DNA of 64,000 bases from an uncultured Bacillales bacterium (GTDB lineage Bacteria; Bacillota_I; Bacilli_A; RFN20; CAG-826). The notes under the pieces are model-generated. The model saw nothing but the letters and a program-made list of their open reading frames with translations. It was not told the origin of the DNA and did not search any database. Location of the stretch: the NCBI GenBank assembly GCA_946414655.1, contig CAMKPL010000002.1, positions 133,765 to 197,764 on the forward strand, written 5' to 3'. A program made the position numbers and the translations under genes. Within the stretch, counting starts at the first letter, position 1. The number at the start of each line of letters is the position of its first letter. Below, piece by piece: positions 55,842 through 64,000 of the stretch.

Positions 55842-57785
55842 TTACTTCACCTCATCAATAAACGAATCAACTTCGTTGAAGTTAATATTTTCTTCGATCC
55901 AACGACGTCTTGTAGCTGGGTCATTACCCATTAAAATAGTTAATTCTTGGGCTGCTAATAAGGAATCTTCGATTGTGACTTGAGTTAATTGTCTTGTCGC
56001 TGGATTCATGGTTGTTTCCCATAGTTGATCAGCGTTCATTTCGCCTAAACCTTTATAGCGGGAAACCTTGCATCCAGGGCCTACTTCCTTCTTGGCTTGT
56101 TCTAATCCAACATCATCCCAAGCATATCGATGAATCATTTTATGATTCACTTCTCTTTGAACTCGGTATAAAGGAGGCATTGCGACAAAGAGTCGGCCTT
56201 TCTTAATGAGTTCAGGCATAAAGTTATAGAAGAAGGTAATTAAAAGTGTTTGAATGTGTGCTCCATCGGTATCAGCATCAGTCATAATAATGATTTTGCC
56301 ATATCTAGCATGATCGATATTAAATGACTCATTTACACCAGTTCCAATGGTGTTAATTAATGTCGCACATTCTTCGTTTTTAAGAACTTTATCTAAAGGA
56401 AGTCCAAAAGTATTTAGTGGTTTACCACGTAGTGGTAAGATTGCTTGATGGCTTCGATCACGCGAGTTTTTCGCTGTTCCACCAGCAGAATCACCCTCAA
56501 CAATAAATAATTCGTTACTATCATAATCTTTCGATGTTGCTGGAGTAAGTTTATCAGACAAGACTATGTCTTGTTTGATACTTTTCTTAGAACGGATCTC
56601 TTCTTTGGCTTTTCTAGCGGCTAAACGAGCACTTTGAGCCTTCAAACATTTCTGGATTAACGAAACAGCAAAATCTTTGTGTTCGTTCATATAATAACTA
56701 AAGTTATTATAAATAAAGTTAGTTACAAGAGGTAAAGCTTCAGGAGTACCAAGTTTTTGCTTAGTTTGACCTTCATATTCGAGCTTTTCCTCAGGTATTT
56801 TTAAGGAAATAATCGCGGTTAAACCTTCGCGAATGTCATTTCCATCGAGTTTTTGTTTACTACGTAAAAGGTTATTTTGTTCGGCATAATCGTTCACAAT
56901 TTTAGTTAACCCAGCACGTAAACCTTGTTCATGAGTACCACCGTCACGGGTTCTGACATTATTCGCGTAAGAATAGATTGTTTCTTGATAATCATCGGAA
57001 CAGTATTGCAGAGCAATACTAATAGCAATGCCGTTTTCTTTTCCTTCGAAATAAATCGACTCACCAATACGTTGTTTTTTCTCGGTGAGATAGTTCACAT
57101 ACTCCTTAATTCCGTCTTTATAGCAGAATTCCGAATGTTGACCACTTCTTTCATCATGAAGAGTGAATTTTACACCGCGGAGAAGATAAGCACTTTCTTG
57201 AATGTGGTTGGCAATAATATCGTATTTAAAATCTACACTAGAGAAGATTCGTGCGTCAGGTTTAAATCTGATCAAAGAACCACGCTTCTTGGTGTTACCA
57301 AGAACTTCGAGTGGAGTCTCAAGTTTTCCACCATCTTTAAAACGAATATGATAGATTTTTCCATCCCTAAAAACAGTCACATCACAGTAGTCAGAAAGGG
57401 CATTTGTAACTGAGCTTCCGACACCATGAAGACCAGCACTACTTTGGTAGGCTTTATTCGAGAATTTTCCACCAGAATGGAGGGTGGTAAAAATGAGTTG
57501 AACAGCTGGCATTCCAGTAGCTTTATGAATGTCGACTGGAATACCTCTACCACCATCTAAAACGGATAAAGAACCATCCTTATGGATGGTTATGTTAATT
57601 TCATTACCATAACCATTGAGTGCTTCGTCAACCGCGTTATCAACAATTTCCCACACTAAATGATGTAGTCCATTGAGGTTAGTTGAGCCGATGTACATAG
57701 CTGGTCTTTTTCGCACACCGGAAAGACCCTCTAAAAGGTCAATATCGGCAGCAGTATAAGACGTGTTTTTGTTTGTTTCTGACAT
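55842..57785 (-). CDS. parE: DNA topoisomerase IV subunit B (ParE, GyrB paralog)
   Basis: GHKL ATPase 'LHHLVWEIVDNAVDE', 'GLHGVGSSV'. Toprim 'EGDSAGG', 'PLRGK', 'IMTDADTDG'. Confidence 0.8.
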   Translation of the reverse strand: MSETNKNTSYTAADIDLLEGLSGVRKRPAMYIGSTNLNGLHHLVWEIVDNAVDEALNGYGNEINITIHKDGSLSVLDGGRGIPVDIHKATGMPAVQLIFTTLHSGGKFSNKAYQSSAGLHGVGSSVTNALSDYCDVTVFRDGKIYHIRFKDGGKLETPLEVLGNTKKRGSLIRFKPDARIFSSVDFKYDIIANHIQESAYLLRGVKFTLHDERSGQHSEFCYKDGIKEYVNYLTEKKQRIGESIYFEGKENGIAISIALQYCSDDYQETIYSYANNVRTRDGGTHEQGLRAGLTKIVNDYAEQNNLLRSKQKLDGNDIREGLTAIISLKIPEEKLEYEGQTKQKLGTPEALPLVTNFIYNNFSYYMNEHKDFAVSLIQKCLKAQSARLAARKAKEEIRSKKSIKQDIVLSDKLTPATSKDYDSNELFIVEGDSAGGTAKNSRDRSHQAILPLRGKPLNTFGLPLDKVLKNEECATLINTIGTGVNESFNIDHARYGKIIIMTDADTDGAHIQTLLITFFYNFMPELIKKGRLFVAMPPLYRVQREVNHKMIHRYAWDDVGLEQAKKEVGPGCKVSRYKGLGEMNADQLWETTMNPATRQLTQVTIEDSLLAAQELTILMGNDPATRRRWIEENINFNEVDSFIDEVK

Positions 57786-57884
57786 ATACTTAATTCAATT
57801 TCCAGAAATTGATTATAGCAAACAAAAGGTTGAAAAAGCACGGAGTTTTTTATTAGAATAAATGACGTATTTAGGAGATTTGAA

Positions 57885-58625
57885 ATGGATATTATTTTAT
57901 ATAATATAATCGTCGGTTTTTTATCATTAATTTTAGGTTATTTTTTTGGTTCTATTCCAACAGGAATCATTCTTGGAAAGGTCTTTTTTCATCGTGATCC
58001 ACGTCAAGAAGGGTCAAAAAACTCGGGTGGAACGAACGTCGGAAGACTATTTGGCAAGAAAATTGGCTTACTTTGCATCATCCTCGATATGATCAAAACT
58101 GTGATTCCTTTAATAATTGTTTGGTCAATTATTAAATTCTCTTCCTTAAATCAAGTTTTAGTCGACAACTTTGGTTCAGGCTTATGGAACAACGGAGTCC
58201 TTTATATTTATCTTGCTCCTTTAGGAGCAATGGTTGGACATTGTTATCCTGTGTTTGCGAAGTTTAATGGAGGTAAAGCTGTGGCAACTGTCGCAGGATT
58301 TGTTCTTGCGACATCTTGGTTACTCTCTGTTCTCGGCTTAGCAGTCTTCTTTATAGTTCTAAAAATTAAAAAGTATGTCTCACTTGGTTCAATTGTAACA
58401 ATCATTGCCGTGACACTCGTTGCTTGGATTATGGTCATCGTTAAATACTTTGGTCCAGTCTCATTTGCAAACTTCGGAATGTATGGTTGGGGCGATTATG
58501 TTGTTGCCGGATTTGAGTATGCCGGGGTGATGACATTCGGAGCGGCGTTATTAATCTATAGACACCGCGCAAACATCAAACGATTGGCCAACCATGAAGA
58601 ATCAAAAATTAAGTGGTTAAGTTAG
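57885..58625 (+). CDS. plsY: Glycerol-3-phosphate acyltransferase PlsY
   Basis: 'GSKNSGGTNVGR' motif. Polytopic membrane protein, 246 aa with an internal insertion. Confidence 0.8.
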   Translation: MDIILYNIIVGFLSLILGYFFGSIPTGIILGKVFFHRDPRQEGSKNSGGTNVGRLFGKKIGLLCIILDMIKTVIPLIIVWSIIKFSSLNQVLVDNFGSGLWNNGVLYIYLAPLGAMVGHCYPVFAKFNGGKAVATVAGFVLATSWLLSVLGLAVFFIVLKIKKYVSLGSIVTIIAVTLVAWIMVIVKYFGPVSFANFGMYGWGDYVVAGFEYAGVMTFGAALLIYRHRANIKRLANHEESKIKWLS

Positions 58626-58654
58626 TAGTTGTTTAGTAGCAAATTAGTAGATAA
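58622..58654 (+). repeat. Site c of the TTAGTAG repeat motif: three perfect heptamers at 11-bp spacing (TTAGTAGttgtTTAGTAGcaaaTTAGTAGataatta), overlapping the plsY stop codon.
   Basis: Heptamers at 58622, 58633 and 58644. A perfect DnaA-box 9-mer (TGTGGATAA = rc TTATCCACA) lies 35 bp downstream at about 58685-58693. Confidence 0.6.
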
Positions 58655-58670
58655 TTACACTGTTGATAAA

Positions 58671-58738
58671 ACACTCATCGTTATTGTGGATAAACAAATT
58701 ATTCCGATTTGATGGGTGTTTTTCATTGACACTTTTTA
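58671..58738 (+). terminator. Possible long-loop terminator for plsY
   Basis: AAACACUCAUC...GAUGGGUGUUU (11 bp, one G-U pair) followed by UUUUU. Confidence 0.3.
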
Positions 58739-58800
58739 AAATCGTCAACGTACCACTACCACTACTGCTCAAAATTTTTATATAGCAAAATCGGGCACAA

Positions 58801-58832
58801 AAAAAGCGCCCGTTTAAGGCGCTTAATTTGCT
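58801..58832 (-). terminator. Rho-independent terminator after yneF (minus strand)
   Basis: AAGCGCC-uuaaacg-GGCGCUU followed by UUUUUUUG on the minus strand. Confidence 0.55.
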
Positions 58833-58848
58833 TGGGTGAGGAATTGTC

Positions 58849-59070
58849 TTACCCGTTTCTTTTCATGCTGTTCATGACCGCTCTGACTTGAGCTTCAGAT
58901 GGCTTTCTTCCCATCTGTTGAAACATAGCACGAATCATCTTTTCGTTGATTGGAGGATTCTTCTGAAGTTCACGTTTGAAGAACCAACGTGAGAGGAAGA
59001 AGCCCACCGCAAGACCGACGATTAAGACACCAATAAGGGCTCCAATGAAGCCGCCGACTGAGATATCCAT
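58849..59070 (-). CDS. yneF: UPF0154 family small membrane protein (B. subtilis YneF-like)
   Basis: N-terminal TM helix, then 'NPPINEKMIRAMFQQMGRKPSEAQV', the hallmark of UPF0154. Confidence 0.7.
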   Translation of the reverse strand: MDISVGGFIGALIGVLIVGLAVGFFLSRWFFKRELQKNPPINEKMIRAMFQQMGRKPSEAQVRAVMNSMKRNG

Positions 59071-59086
59071 AATTTAAATCTCCTTT

Positions 59087-59641
59087 TTAGGCGCGTCCGT
59101 CGTATTCACCAGTGTCGGTGCGAACAAGGATCTTTTCGCCATTGTTAATGAATAATGGGACTTTGGTCTTAAGACCAGTCTCTAAAACCGCCTGTTTCAT
59201 TGCTTTATTAACAGTGTCACCACGAACACCTGGTTCGCATTCGGTAATTGTTAAAGCAACTGTTGATGGAAGAGAAATTCCAAGAATTTCATCATCATAG
59301 AAGAGAATTTCGATTTCAGATCCTGAAACTAGGAAGTTCTTTTCCCATTCTAAACGGTCTTTATTAATTTCGATTTGTTCATAGGTTTCATTATCCATGA
59401 AGACAAAGTTAACTCCGTCATCATAAAGGAATCCCATTTTCTTCTTAGAAAGCGTTGCTTTCTCGACATCATAACCAGAGTTACGAGCAAGTTCAATGAT
59501 TGCTCCTGTACGCATATTTTTAGCTTTGACTTTAGCAACCATCTTGCGCATCGCTGTCTTATTTAATAAGATATCGAGCACTTGATAAAGGTTACCTTCG
59601 TCGATGAAATAGTTTCCAGGACGTAATTCAGTAACGTTCAT
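59087..59641 (-). CDS. efp: Elongation factor P
   Basis: 'VTELRPGNYF', KOW-like N-terminal domain with the conserved Lys region 'AKVKAKNMRTGA'. 184 aa. Confidence 0.9.
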   Translation of the reverse strand: MNVTELRPGNYFIDEGNLYQVLDILLNKTAMRKMVAKVKAKNMRTGAIIELARNSGYDVEKATLSKKKMGFLYDDGVNFVFMDNETYEQIEINKDRLEWEKNFLVSGSEIEILFYDDEILGISLPSTVALTITECEPGVRGDTVNKAMKQAVLETGLKTKVPLFINNGEKILVRTDTGEYDGRA

Positions 59642-59680
59642 ATTTAGTTCCTCCTAAAACGCTAACAATTATATCTAAAA

Positions 59681-60319
59681 TTAGATATTTCGTAAATATG
59701 AGTTATATTTCTTCTCTCTTTCAAGAGTAGTTTTTGGCCCATGACCAGGATAAATATTGTAATTTTTCTCTAGTTTCACAAGCTTTAATAAGCTTGAAGA
59801 CATTAATCGAGGAGCGCTGCTTGCTAGATCAACTCTTCCCACAGTTGTGTAAAAGAGAGTGTCTCCGCTAAACATCGCGTTTTCCTCATCGACAAGAAAA
59901 ACTGCTGATCCACGAGTATGAAATGGAGTTGCTATACACTTAATAGTGTATCCGCATGTTTCAAATTCTTCTCCATCCATTAATTCTTTCATGTTCTTAG
60001 GACGATACACAAGATTCTTGTTTCCGTATTCAGTCCAACTAGAAAGATTATATTTTGGATTATCGATTTCCTTAGCTTCGTCTTCATAAATGAAGACAGT
60101 GGCTTTTGGGAAAGCATTTACCACCGCTTCTAAGGCATCAATATGGTCAAAATGGACATGAGTGATAAGGATTGCCTCGATTGTTAATTCGAGGTGATTA
60201 ATATGATCGAGTAAACAATTGTTAATGTTATAACCAGGGTCGACTAAAATAGCATGTTTTTTATCTTTCCACATCAAATATGATGTGCAGGCTATTCTAG
60301 AACGAAATAAATCGATCAT
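59681..60319 (-). CDS. Metallo-beta-lactamase-fold hydrolase
   Basis: 'THVHFDH' (HxHxDH) and downstream His/Asp ligands. 212 aa. Confidence 0.7.
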   Translation of the reverse strand: MIDLFRSRIACTSYLMWKDKKHAILVDPGYNINNCLLDHINHLELTIEAILITHVHFDHIDALEAVVNAFPKATVFIYEDEAKEIDNPKYNLSSWTEYGNKNLVYRPKNMKELMDGEEFETCGYTIKCIATPFHTRGSAVFLVDEENAMFSGDTLFYTTVGRVDLASSAPRLMSSSLLKLVKLEKNYNIYPGHGPKTTLEREKKYNSYLRNI

Positions 60320-60342
60320 ATATAAAAAAATAAGGATGAACC

Positions 60343-60495
60343 TTATTTCTTCTCCTTATGCACTGTGTGCTTTTTGCATCTTGGACAGTATTTTTTGGTT
60401 TCCATACGGTCTGGATGTTCTTTTTTATTTTTATCGGCGATGTAGTTTTCTTCGCCACAAACGGTGCATTTTAATGTGAAATGATCTCTTGGCAT
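60343..60495 (-). CDS. rpmG: 50S ribosomal protein L33. The true start is the ATG at about 60495 with RBS GGAGG; the 82-aa track ORF over-extends upstream.
   Basis: '[50 protein letters not shown]' is a 50-aa CxxC...CxxC zinc ribbon. Confidence 0.8.
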   Translation of the reverse strand: MPRDHFTLKCTVCGEENYIADKNKKEHPDRMETKKYCPRCKKHTVHKEKK

Positions 60496-60582
60496 AGTTA
60501 TTTCCTCCGTTAAGCAAGTAAGATAATACCACAAGGCTAAAAATATATCTACAAGATATTTTAAGAATGATATAATCAATTC

Positions 60583-61641
60583 ATGGCTCAATTAGCTCGA
60601 GAAAAAACAAAACAAATTCATGTTGGAAAGATTGCTCTTGGTGGACAGAACAAAGTTTTAATCCAATCCATGTGTAATATTAAAACATCCAACTTCATTG
60701 AAGTTGCTGAACAAATTAACGCTTGTGCTGCTCTAGGAGCAGACTTAATGCGTGTTAGTGTTTTAGACATGGATGATGCTCACGCGATTAAAGAGATTAA
60801 ATCACGAATTAGTGTCCCATTAATTGCTGATATCCATTTTGACTATAAATTAGCCTTAGCTTCTATTGAAGCTGGTGTTGATGCAATCAGATTAAATCCT
60901 GGAAATATTGGGTCAAAAGAGAATGTCCAAAAAGTAGTCGAAGCATGTAAACAAAAACACATTCCAATTCGCGTTGGTGTTAACTCTGGATCAATCGATA
61001 AGGAAGTGAACAACAACACCGCCATTGTTACCGCCAAAGAACTTGTTGAATCTGTTTCAAGAATGGTAAAAATTCTTGAGGATTTGGACTTCTATGACAT
61101 TGTCATTTCTTTGAAATGTTCTCATGTTCTTGAAACAATCGAGTCTTATAGACTCGCAAGTAAGAAATTTAAATATCCACTTCATATTGGAATCACTGAG
61201 GCTGGACCAAAGGATATCGGACTTGTTCGCTCCGTTGCTGGCTTAGCCCCATTATTAAGTGAAGGTATCGGAGATACAATTCGTATCTCGCTTAGTGATG
61301 AACCAGAAGAAGAAGTGCGTGCCTGTCGACGTCTTTTAAAAGATTTAGGAATCCGAAGCGATTATCCAAATCTGATTTCGTGCCCGACATGTGGTCGAAC
61401 ACAAGTTAATCTTGTTCCGCTTGCCAACAAGATTTCGAAGTTTCTAGAAGAAAACAAGATTAATAAAACCGTCGCTGTGATGGGCTGCATTGTCAATGGT
61501 CCAGGCGAAGCAAAACGCGCTGACATCGGTTGTGCAGGTGGAAAAAACGAATGGGTTATTTTTAAAAAAGATAAAATAATTAAAAAAGTTCCCGATAAAG
61601 ACATTTATAAGGAACTTACTAAACTAATCTTAGAATTATAA
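60583..61641 (+). CDS. ispG: 4-hydroxy-3-methylbut-2-enyl diphosphate synthase (GcpE)
   Basis: TIM-barrel N-terminal domain and C-terminal [4Fe-4S] motif 'CPTCGRT...GCIVNGPGE'. Confidence 0.85.
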   Translation: MAQLAREKTKQIHVGKIALGGQNKVLIQSMCNIKTSNFIEVAEQINACAALGADLMRVSVLDMDDAHAIKEIKSRISVPLIADIHFDYKLALASIEAGVDAIRLNPGNIGSKENVQKVVEACKQKHIPIRVGVNSGSIDKEVNNNTAIVTAKELVESVSRMVKILEDLDFYDIVISLKCSHVLETIESYRLASKKFKYPLHIGITEAGPKDIGLVRSVAGLAPLLSEGIGDTIRISLSDEPEEEVRACRRLLKDLGIRSDYPNLISCPTCGRTQVNLVPLANKISKFLEENKINKTVAVMGCIVNGPGEAKRADIGCAGGKNEWVIFKKDKIIKKVPDKDIYKELTKLILEL

Positions 61642-61643
61642 AA

Positions 61644-62549
61644 TTATCTCCAGTTCACAAACTGGGATTTTTTTAACATTTCAATCTCCTCCTTGTATGG
61701 AGGTTTTTCACCGACATATGGAGTTTCCAGTAACTTTGGAAGATCTTTTAATAATGGGTGATGGACAAATTTGTTTAATGCTTCAAATCCGATTGTTCCA
61801 TAACCGAGATTTTCGTGTCGGTCTTTATGTGAACCTGGTTCATTTTTTGAGTCATTAATATGTAGACAAAGAAGTTTGTTCAAACCTATGGTTTGGTCAA
61901 ACTGCTTTAAGATGGTGTCGATATCTTTGATATCGTAACCATAATCAGAAATGTGACATGTGTCCAAGCAAACACCGATTCTTTCTGGGTGTTTAACTTT
62001 CGAAATAATTTCAGCGAGTTGTTCAAATGTTGAACCCATTTCGCCGCCTTTTCCAGCCATTGTTTCAAGAGCAATTTTCACATCAGTTGTATCTTTATCC
62101 AACACCCCATCTAAGGCTTTGACGATTGAGTCAATTCCATTTTCAACGCCTGTTCCAACGTGACTACCTGGATGAAGGACCATGATTTTCACACCAAAAG
62201 CTGCTGTACGCACTAATTCGATTGCCAAGGCTTTCTTGGCTAGATCATAAACATTTTCGTTAAGCTGGTTAGCGATGTTAATGATGTATGGGGCATGCAC
62301 GACAATTTTGCTTTCATCGATACCATGCTCTTTTAAAAGAGCACGTCCTTCATTAATTTTTAGTCTTTCAAGAGGAAGACGAAATGTGTTTTGAGGAGCG
62401 CCAGTGTAAAACATGAGTGTGTTAGCGCCATATGAAAGGGCCTCTTTAATTGATCCTAGATAGTAATCTGGTGCTGACATGGAAACATGTGAGCCAATGT
62501 AGAGTGTTTCTTTATCCATTTTGTCTGTTTTCTTTCTTGTATCGTTCAA
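61644..62549 (-). CDS. nfo: Endonuclease IV (probable start at the internal Met at about 62519, '[13 protein letters not shown]')
   Basis: TIM-barrel AP endonuclease motifs 'HAPYIINIA', 'LETMAGKG', 'CLDTCH', 'LHINDS'. Confidence 0.85.
   Translation of the reverse strand: MNDTRKKTDKMDKETLYIGSHVSMSAPDYYLGSIKEALSYGANTLMFYTGAPQNTFRLPLERLKINEGRALLKEHGIDESKIVVHAPYIINIANQLNENVYDLAKKALAIELVRTAAFGVKIMVLHPGSHVGTGVENGIDSIVKALDGVLDKDTTDVKIALETMAGKGGEMGSTFEQLAEIISKVKHPERIGVCLDTCHISDYGYDIKDIDTILKQFDQTIGLNKLLCLHINDSKNEPGSHKDRHENLGYGTIGFEALNKFVHHPLLKDLPKLLETPYVGEKPPYKEEIEMLKKSQFVNWR
61651..61678 (+). terminator. ispG terminator hairpin embedded in the 3' coding end of the convergent nfo gene
   Basis: CCAGTT-cacaa-AACTGG followed by GATTTTTTT. 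The ispG and nfo stop codons are separated by only 2 bp. Confidence 0.4.
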
Positions 62550-63870
62550 CGCGTTGACGACGAATATCTTTTTTAATGATTTCGCGTCGATGTTGTTGTT
62601 TAACTTTCTTGACTTCTAAGCGAACTTTTTTCTTGTATCCTGGTTTAACTTTCTTATTTTTTCCTTTGGAAAGATTTACTACTTTACGGATCTTTTGATC
62701 AAGTTCACTATCTTTCTTTTTACTAGTTGGATGCGCTTTAACAATCTCGTGCCCTTCGCTTAGTTTTCCATTTCGAAGGGTGAGATATTTAAAGTTGACG
62801 CCTTGTTCTTTTAAAGTGAGTGGTTTAGAAGTGTGTTCGTTATTGTAGAATGTATAACATTTTCCTTCTTTACCAAAGCGTCCGGTACGACCAGCGCGAT
62901 GATAGTAGAATTCAAGATTTTCTGGTAAATCAACATTTATAATGTCGGTGACATCTTCAATATCAAGGCCTCGTGCCGCCATATCGGAGCACACAAGGTA
63001 ATAAATCTCGCCGTTTTTAACTCGTTTAAGAACATTCTTTCTTTCACGAGCAGATAAGTCTCCGGTTAGTAAACCAGCTGGTTGACCATTTGATTTCAAG
63101 AATTCATACACTTTGTTTGCGGTTTCTTTCTTTGAAGCAAACACTAAAAGAAGATAAGGATGAATTTCTTTTATCATAGATAAAACAGCATGATTAATAT
63201 CTTGGTGACCAACATCGACAAGAAGATGCTCAACACTGCTACTAGTCATAATTTCTTCGTTGATGACGAGTTGATCAGCACCGATGTACTTTTCTAATTC
63301 GTGACCGAGGTTAGCTTCAAGCGTAGCGGAACAAACAAGGAATTGCGGATGACTGATTCGTAAAACGAATCGGTCGATATCAGGAAAAAAACCTTCTTTT
63401 AGAAGCATATCAGCTTCATCAAGTACAATTGTTTTCACATTAGTGAGGGAAACAATGTTTTGATCAAAGATATCTGCAAGTCTTCCTGGAGTTCCGACAA
63501 TTATGTGTGGAGCGACAGAGAGACCTTTAGTTGAGTTATCTCGCTCAGTACCAGATTTAAATAAACGAACTTTCAGTTCTGAATAATCCTTTGTAAATTC
63601 GACAAATGTGTCAAAGATTTGTTGAGCAAGTTCTCTAGTTGGAGCAACGACAATCGCTTGAACATTTTGATTTTCTAAATCAATTCGCTCAATAATTGGA
63701 ATAACAAAGCTGAGGGTTTTACCTGTTCCTGTAGCTGATTGAATAAGTAAATTTTCACCTTTTAAGGCCTTTGGAATGACGCGAAGTTGAATTTCACTTG
63801 GATGATAAAAATGCTGGCGTTTTAAGCTAGCAATCATTTTGTCGGAAAGGTTAATCGCATTAAAAGGCAT
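62512..63870 (-). CDS. DEAD-box ATP-dependent RNA helicase (CshA-like) with a Lys/Arg-rich C-terminal tail
   Basis: Q motif, 'ATGTGKT', 'DEAD', 'SAT', '[10 protein letters not shown]'. Basic C-terminus '[24 protein letters not shown]...'. Confidence 0.85.
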   Translation of the reverse strand: MPFNAINLSDKMIASLKRQHFYHPSEIQLRVIPKALKGENLLIQSATGTGKTLSFVIPIIERIDLENQNVQAIVVAPTRELAQQIFDTFVEFTKDYSELKVRLFKSGTERDNSTKGLSVAPHIIVGTPGRLADIFDQNIVSLTNVKTIVLDEADMLLKEGFFPDIDRFVLRISHPQFLVCSATLEANLGHELEKYIGADQLVINEEIMTSSSVEHLLVDVGHQDINHAVLSMIKEIHPYLLLVFASKKETANKVYEFLKSNGQPAGLLTGDLSARERKNVLKRVKNGEIYYLVCSDMAARGLDIEDVTDIINVDLPENLEFYYHRAGRTGRFGKEGKCYTFYNNEHTSKPLTLKEQGVNFKYLTLRNGKLSEGHEIVKAHPTSKKKDSELDQKIRKVVNLSKGKNKKVKPGYKKKVRLEVKKVKQQHRREIIKKDIRRQRVERYKKENRQNG

Positions 63871-63917
63871 AATTTTTACCGCGCTTTATTATACACGAAA
63901 AATTCTATTCGTGTTAT

Positions 63918-64000
63918 CATAACGACATGAAAATCGAAATTCTCGAACCATTTGGATATTGTGCGGGTGTGGACCGGGCAATCTCGATGGCCTACAAGTG
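63918..64000 (+). CDS. ispH: 4-hydroxy-3-methylbut-2-enyl diphosphate reductase IspH (LytB), N-terminal fragment; continues beyond the window.
   Basis: 'MKIEILEPFGYCAGVDRAISMAYK' matches the conserved IspH N-terminus (GFCAGVxRAI). Confidence 0.7.

Noticed and set aside
56925-57413. 162-aa ORF antisense to parE.
   Set aside because: Embedded in the GHKL/Toprim coding region, with no RBS or domain signature.
42330-58654. Interpretation of the UAG-rich repeats as TRAP (trp RNA-binding attenuation protein) binding sites.
   Set aside because: TRAP needs 9-11 (G/U)AG triplets separated by regular 2-3-nt spacers. Here the triplets are adjacent pairs (UAGUAG) separated by 5 nt, and only 4-6 triplets are present.
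58735-58752. ACCACTACCACTACT direct repeat downstream of plsY, as a further copy of the TAGTAG motif.
   Set aside because: Its reverse complement (AGTAGTGGTAGTGGT) has 6-bp periodicity and lacks the TTAGTAG heptamer. It is probably unrelated simple sequence.
60343-60591. 82-aa extended L33 ORF.
   Set aside because: L33 is about 50 aa. A perfect GGAGG RBS precedes the internal ATG at about 60495. The upstream 32 codons are read-through of the ispG promoter region.
1-64000. tRNA, rRNA, transposase, integrase or phage genes, and defence islands.
   Set aside because: No tRNA-like T-arm (GGTTCGAATCC-type) or rRNA-like segments were seen. The only recombinase is the housekeeping XerD. Every ORF larger than 100 aa outside the lipoprotein cluster has a clear housekeeping assignment.

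Overview
This 64-kb window looks like a core chromosomal segment from a low-GC, reduced-genome Bacillota member, Erysipelotrichia- or Acholeplasma-like, using the standard genetic code. Long ORFs are intact, lipoproteins carry an LLAGC lipobox, and the MEP-pathway genes dxs, ispG and ispH are present.

Gene order follows several conserved Bacillus-type synteny blocks, usually with intervening genes missing:
- alaS-ruvX-yrzB...greA
- rplU-prp-rpmA-obg
- ruvAB...secDF-recJ...relA...hisS-aspS
- nusB-xseAB-dxs
- yqeG-yqeH-nadD/yqeK-rsfS
- plsY | parE-parC
- xerD-deoB

Almost everything is housekeeping: 55 protein-coding genes. FtsK is 5'-truncated and IspH 3'-truncated by the window edges. I found no rRNA, tRNA, CRISPR array or transposase.

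Features outside ordinary annotation:
1. A triplicated 11-bp-periodic direct repeat built from TTAGTAG heptamers, at three intergenic or gene-end sites (about 42330, 49852, 58622).
2. An orphan TrpB1-type tryptophan synthase beta subunit fused to an N-terminal HTH domain. It is transcribed divergently from a COG2984/COG4120/COG1101 ABC importer whose ATPase carries an about 78-aa coiled-coil insert. An inverted repeat sits in the shared intergenic region.
3. A three-gene tandem family of surface lipoproteins inserted between recJ and relA inside an otherwise conserved synteny block. They share near-identical low-complexity Gly-rich repeat DNA and Listeria-Bacteroides-type repeats.
4. A T-box (Ala specifier) leader upstream of alaS.
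5. A small peptide with a double-glycine-like leader, translationally coupled to radC.
6. A NadD-YqeK fusion, and a SecDF with a large acidic insertion.

CDS coordinates follow the supplied ORF track. Coordinates for motifs I counted by eye may be off by 1-2 nt.
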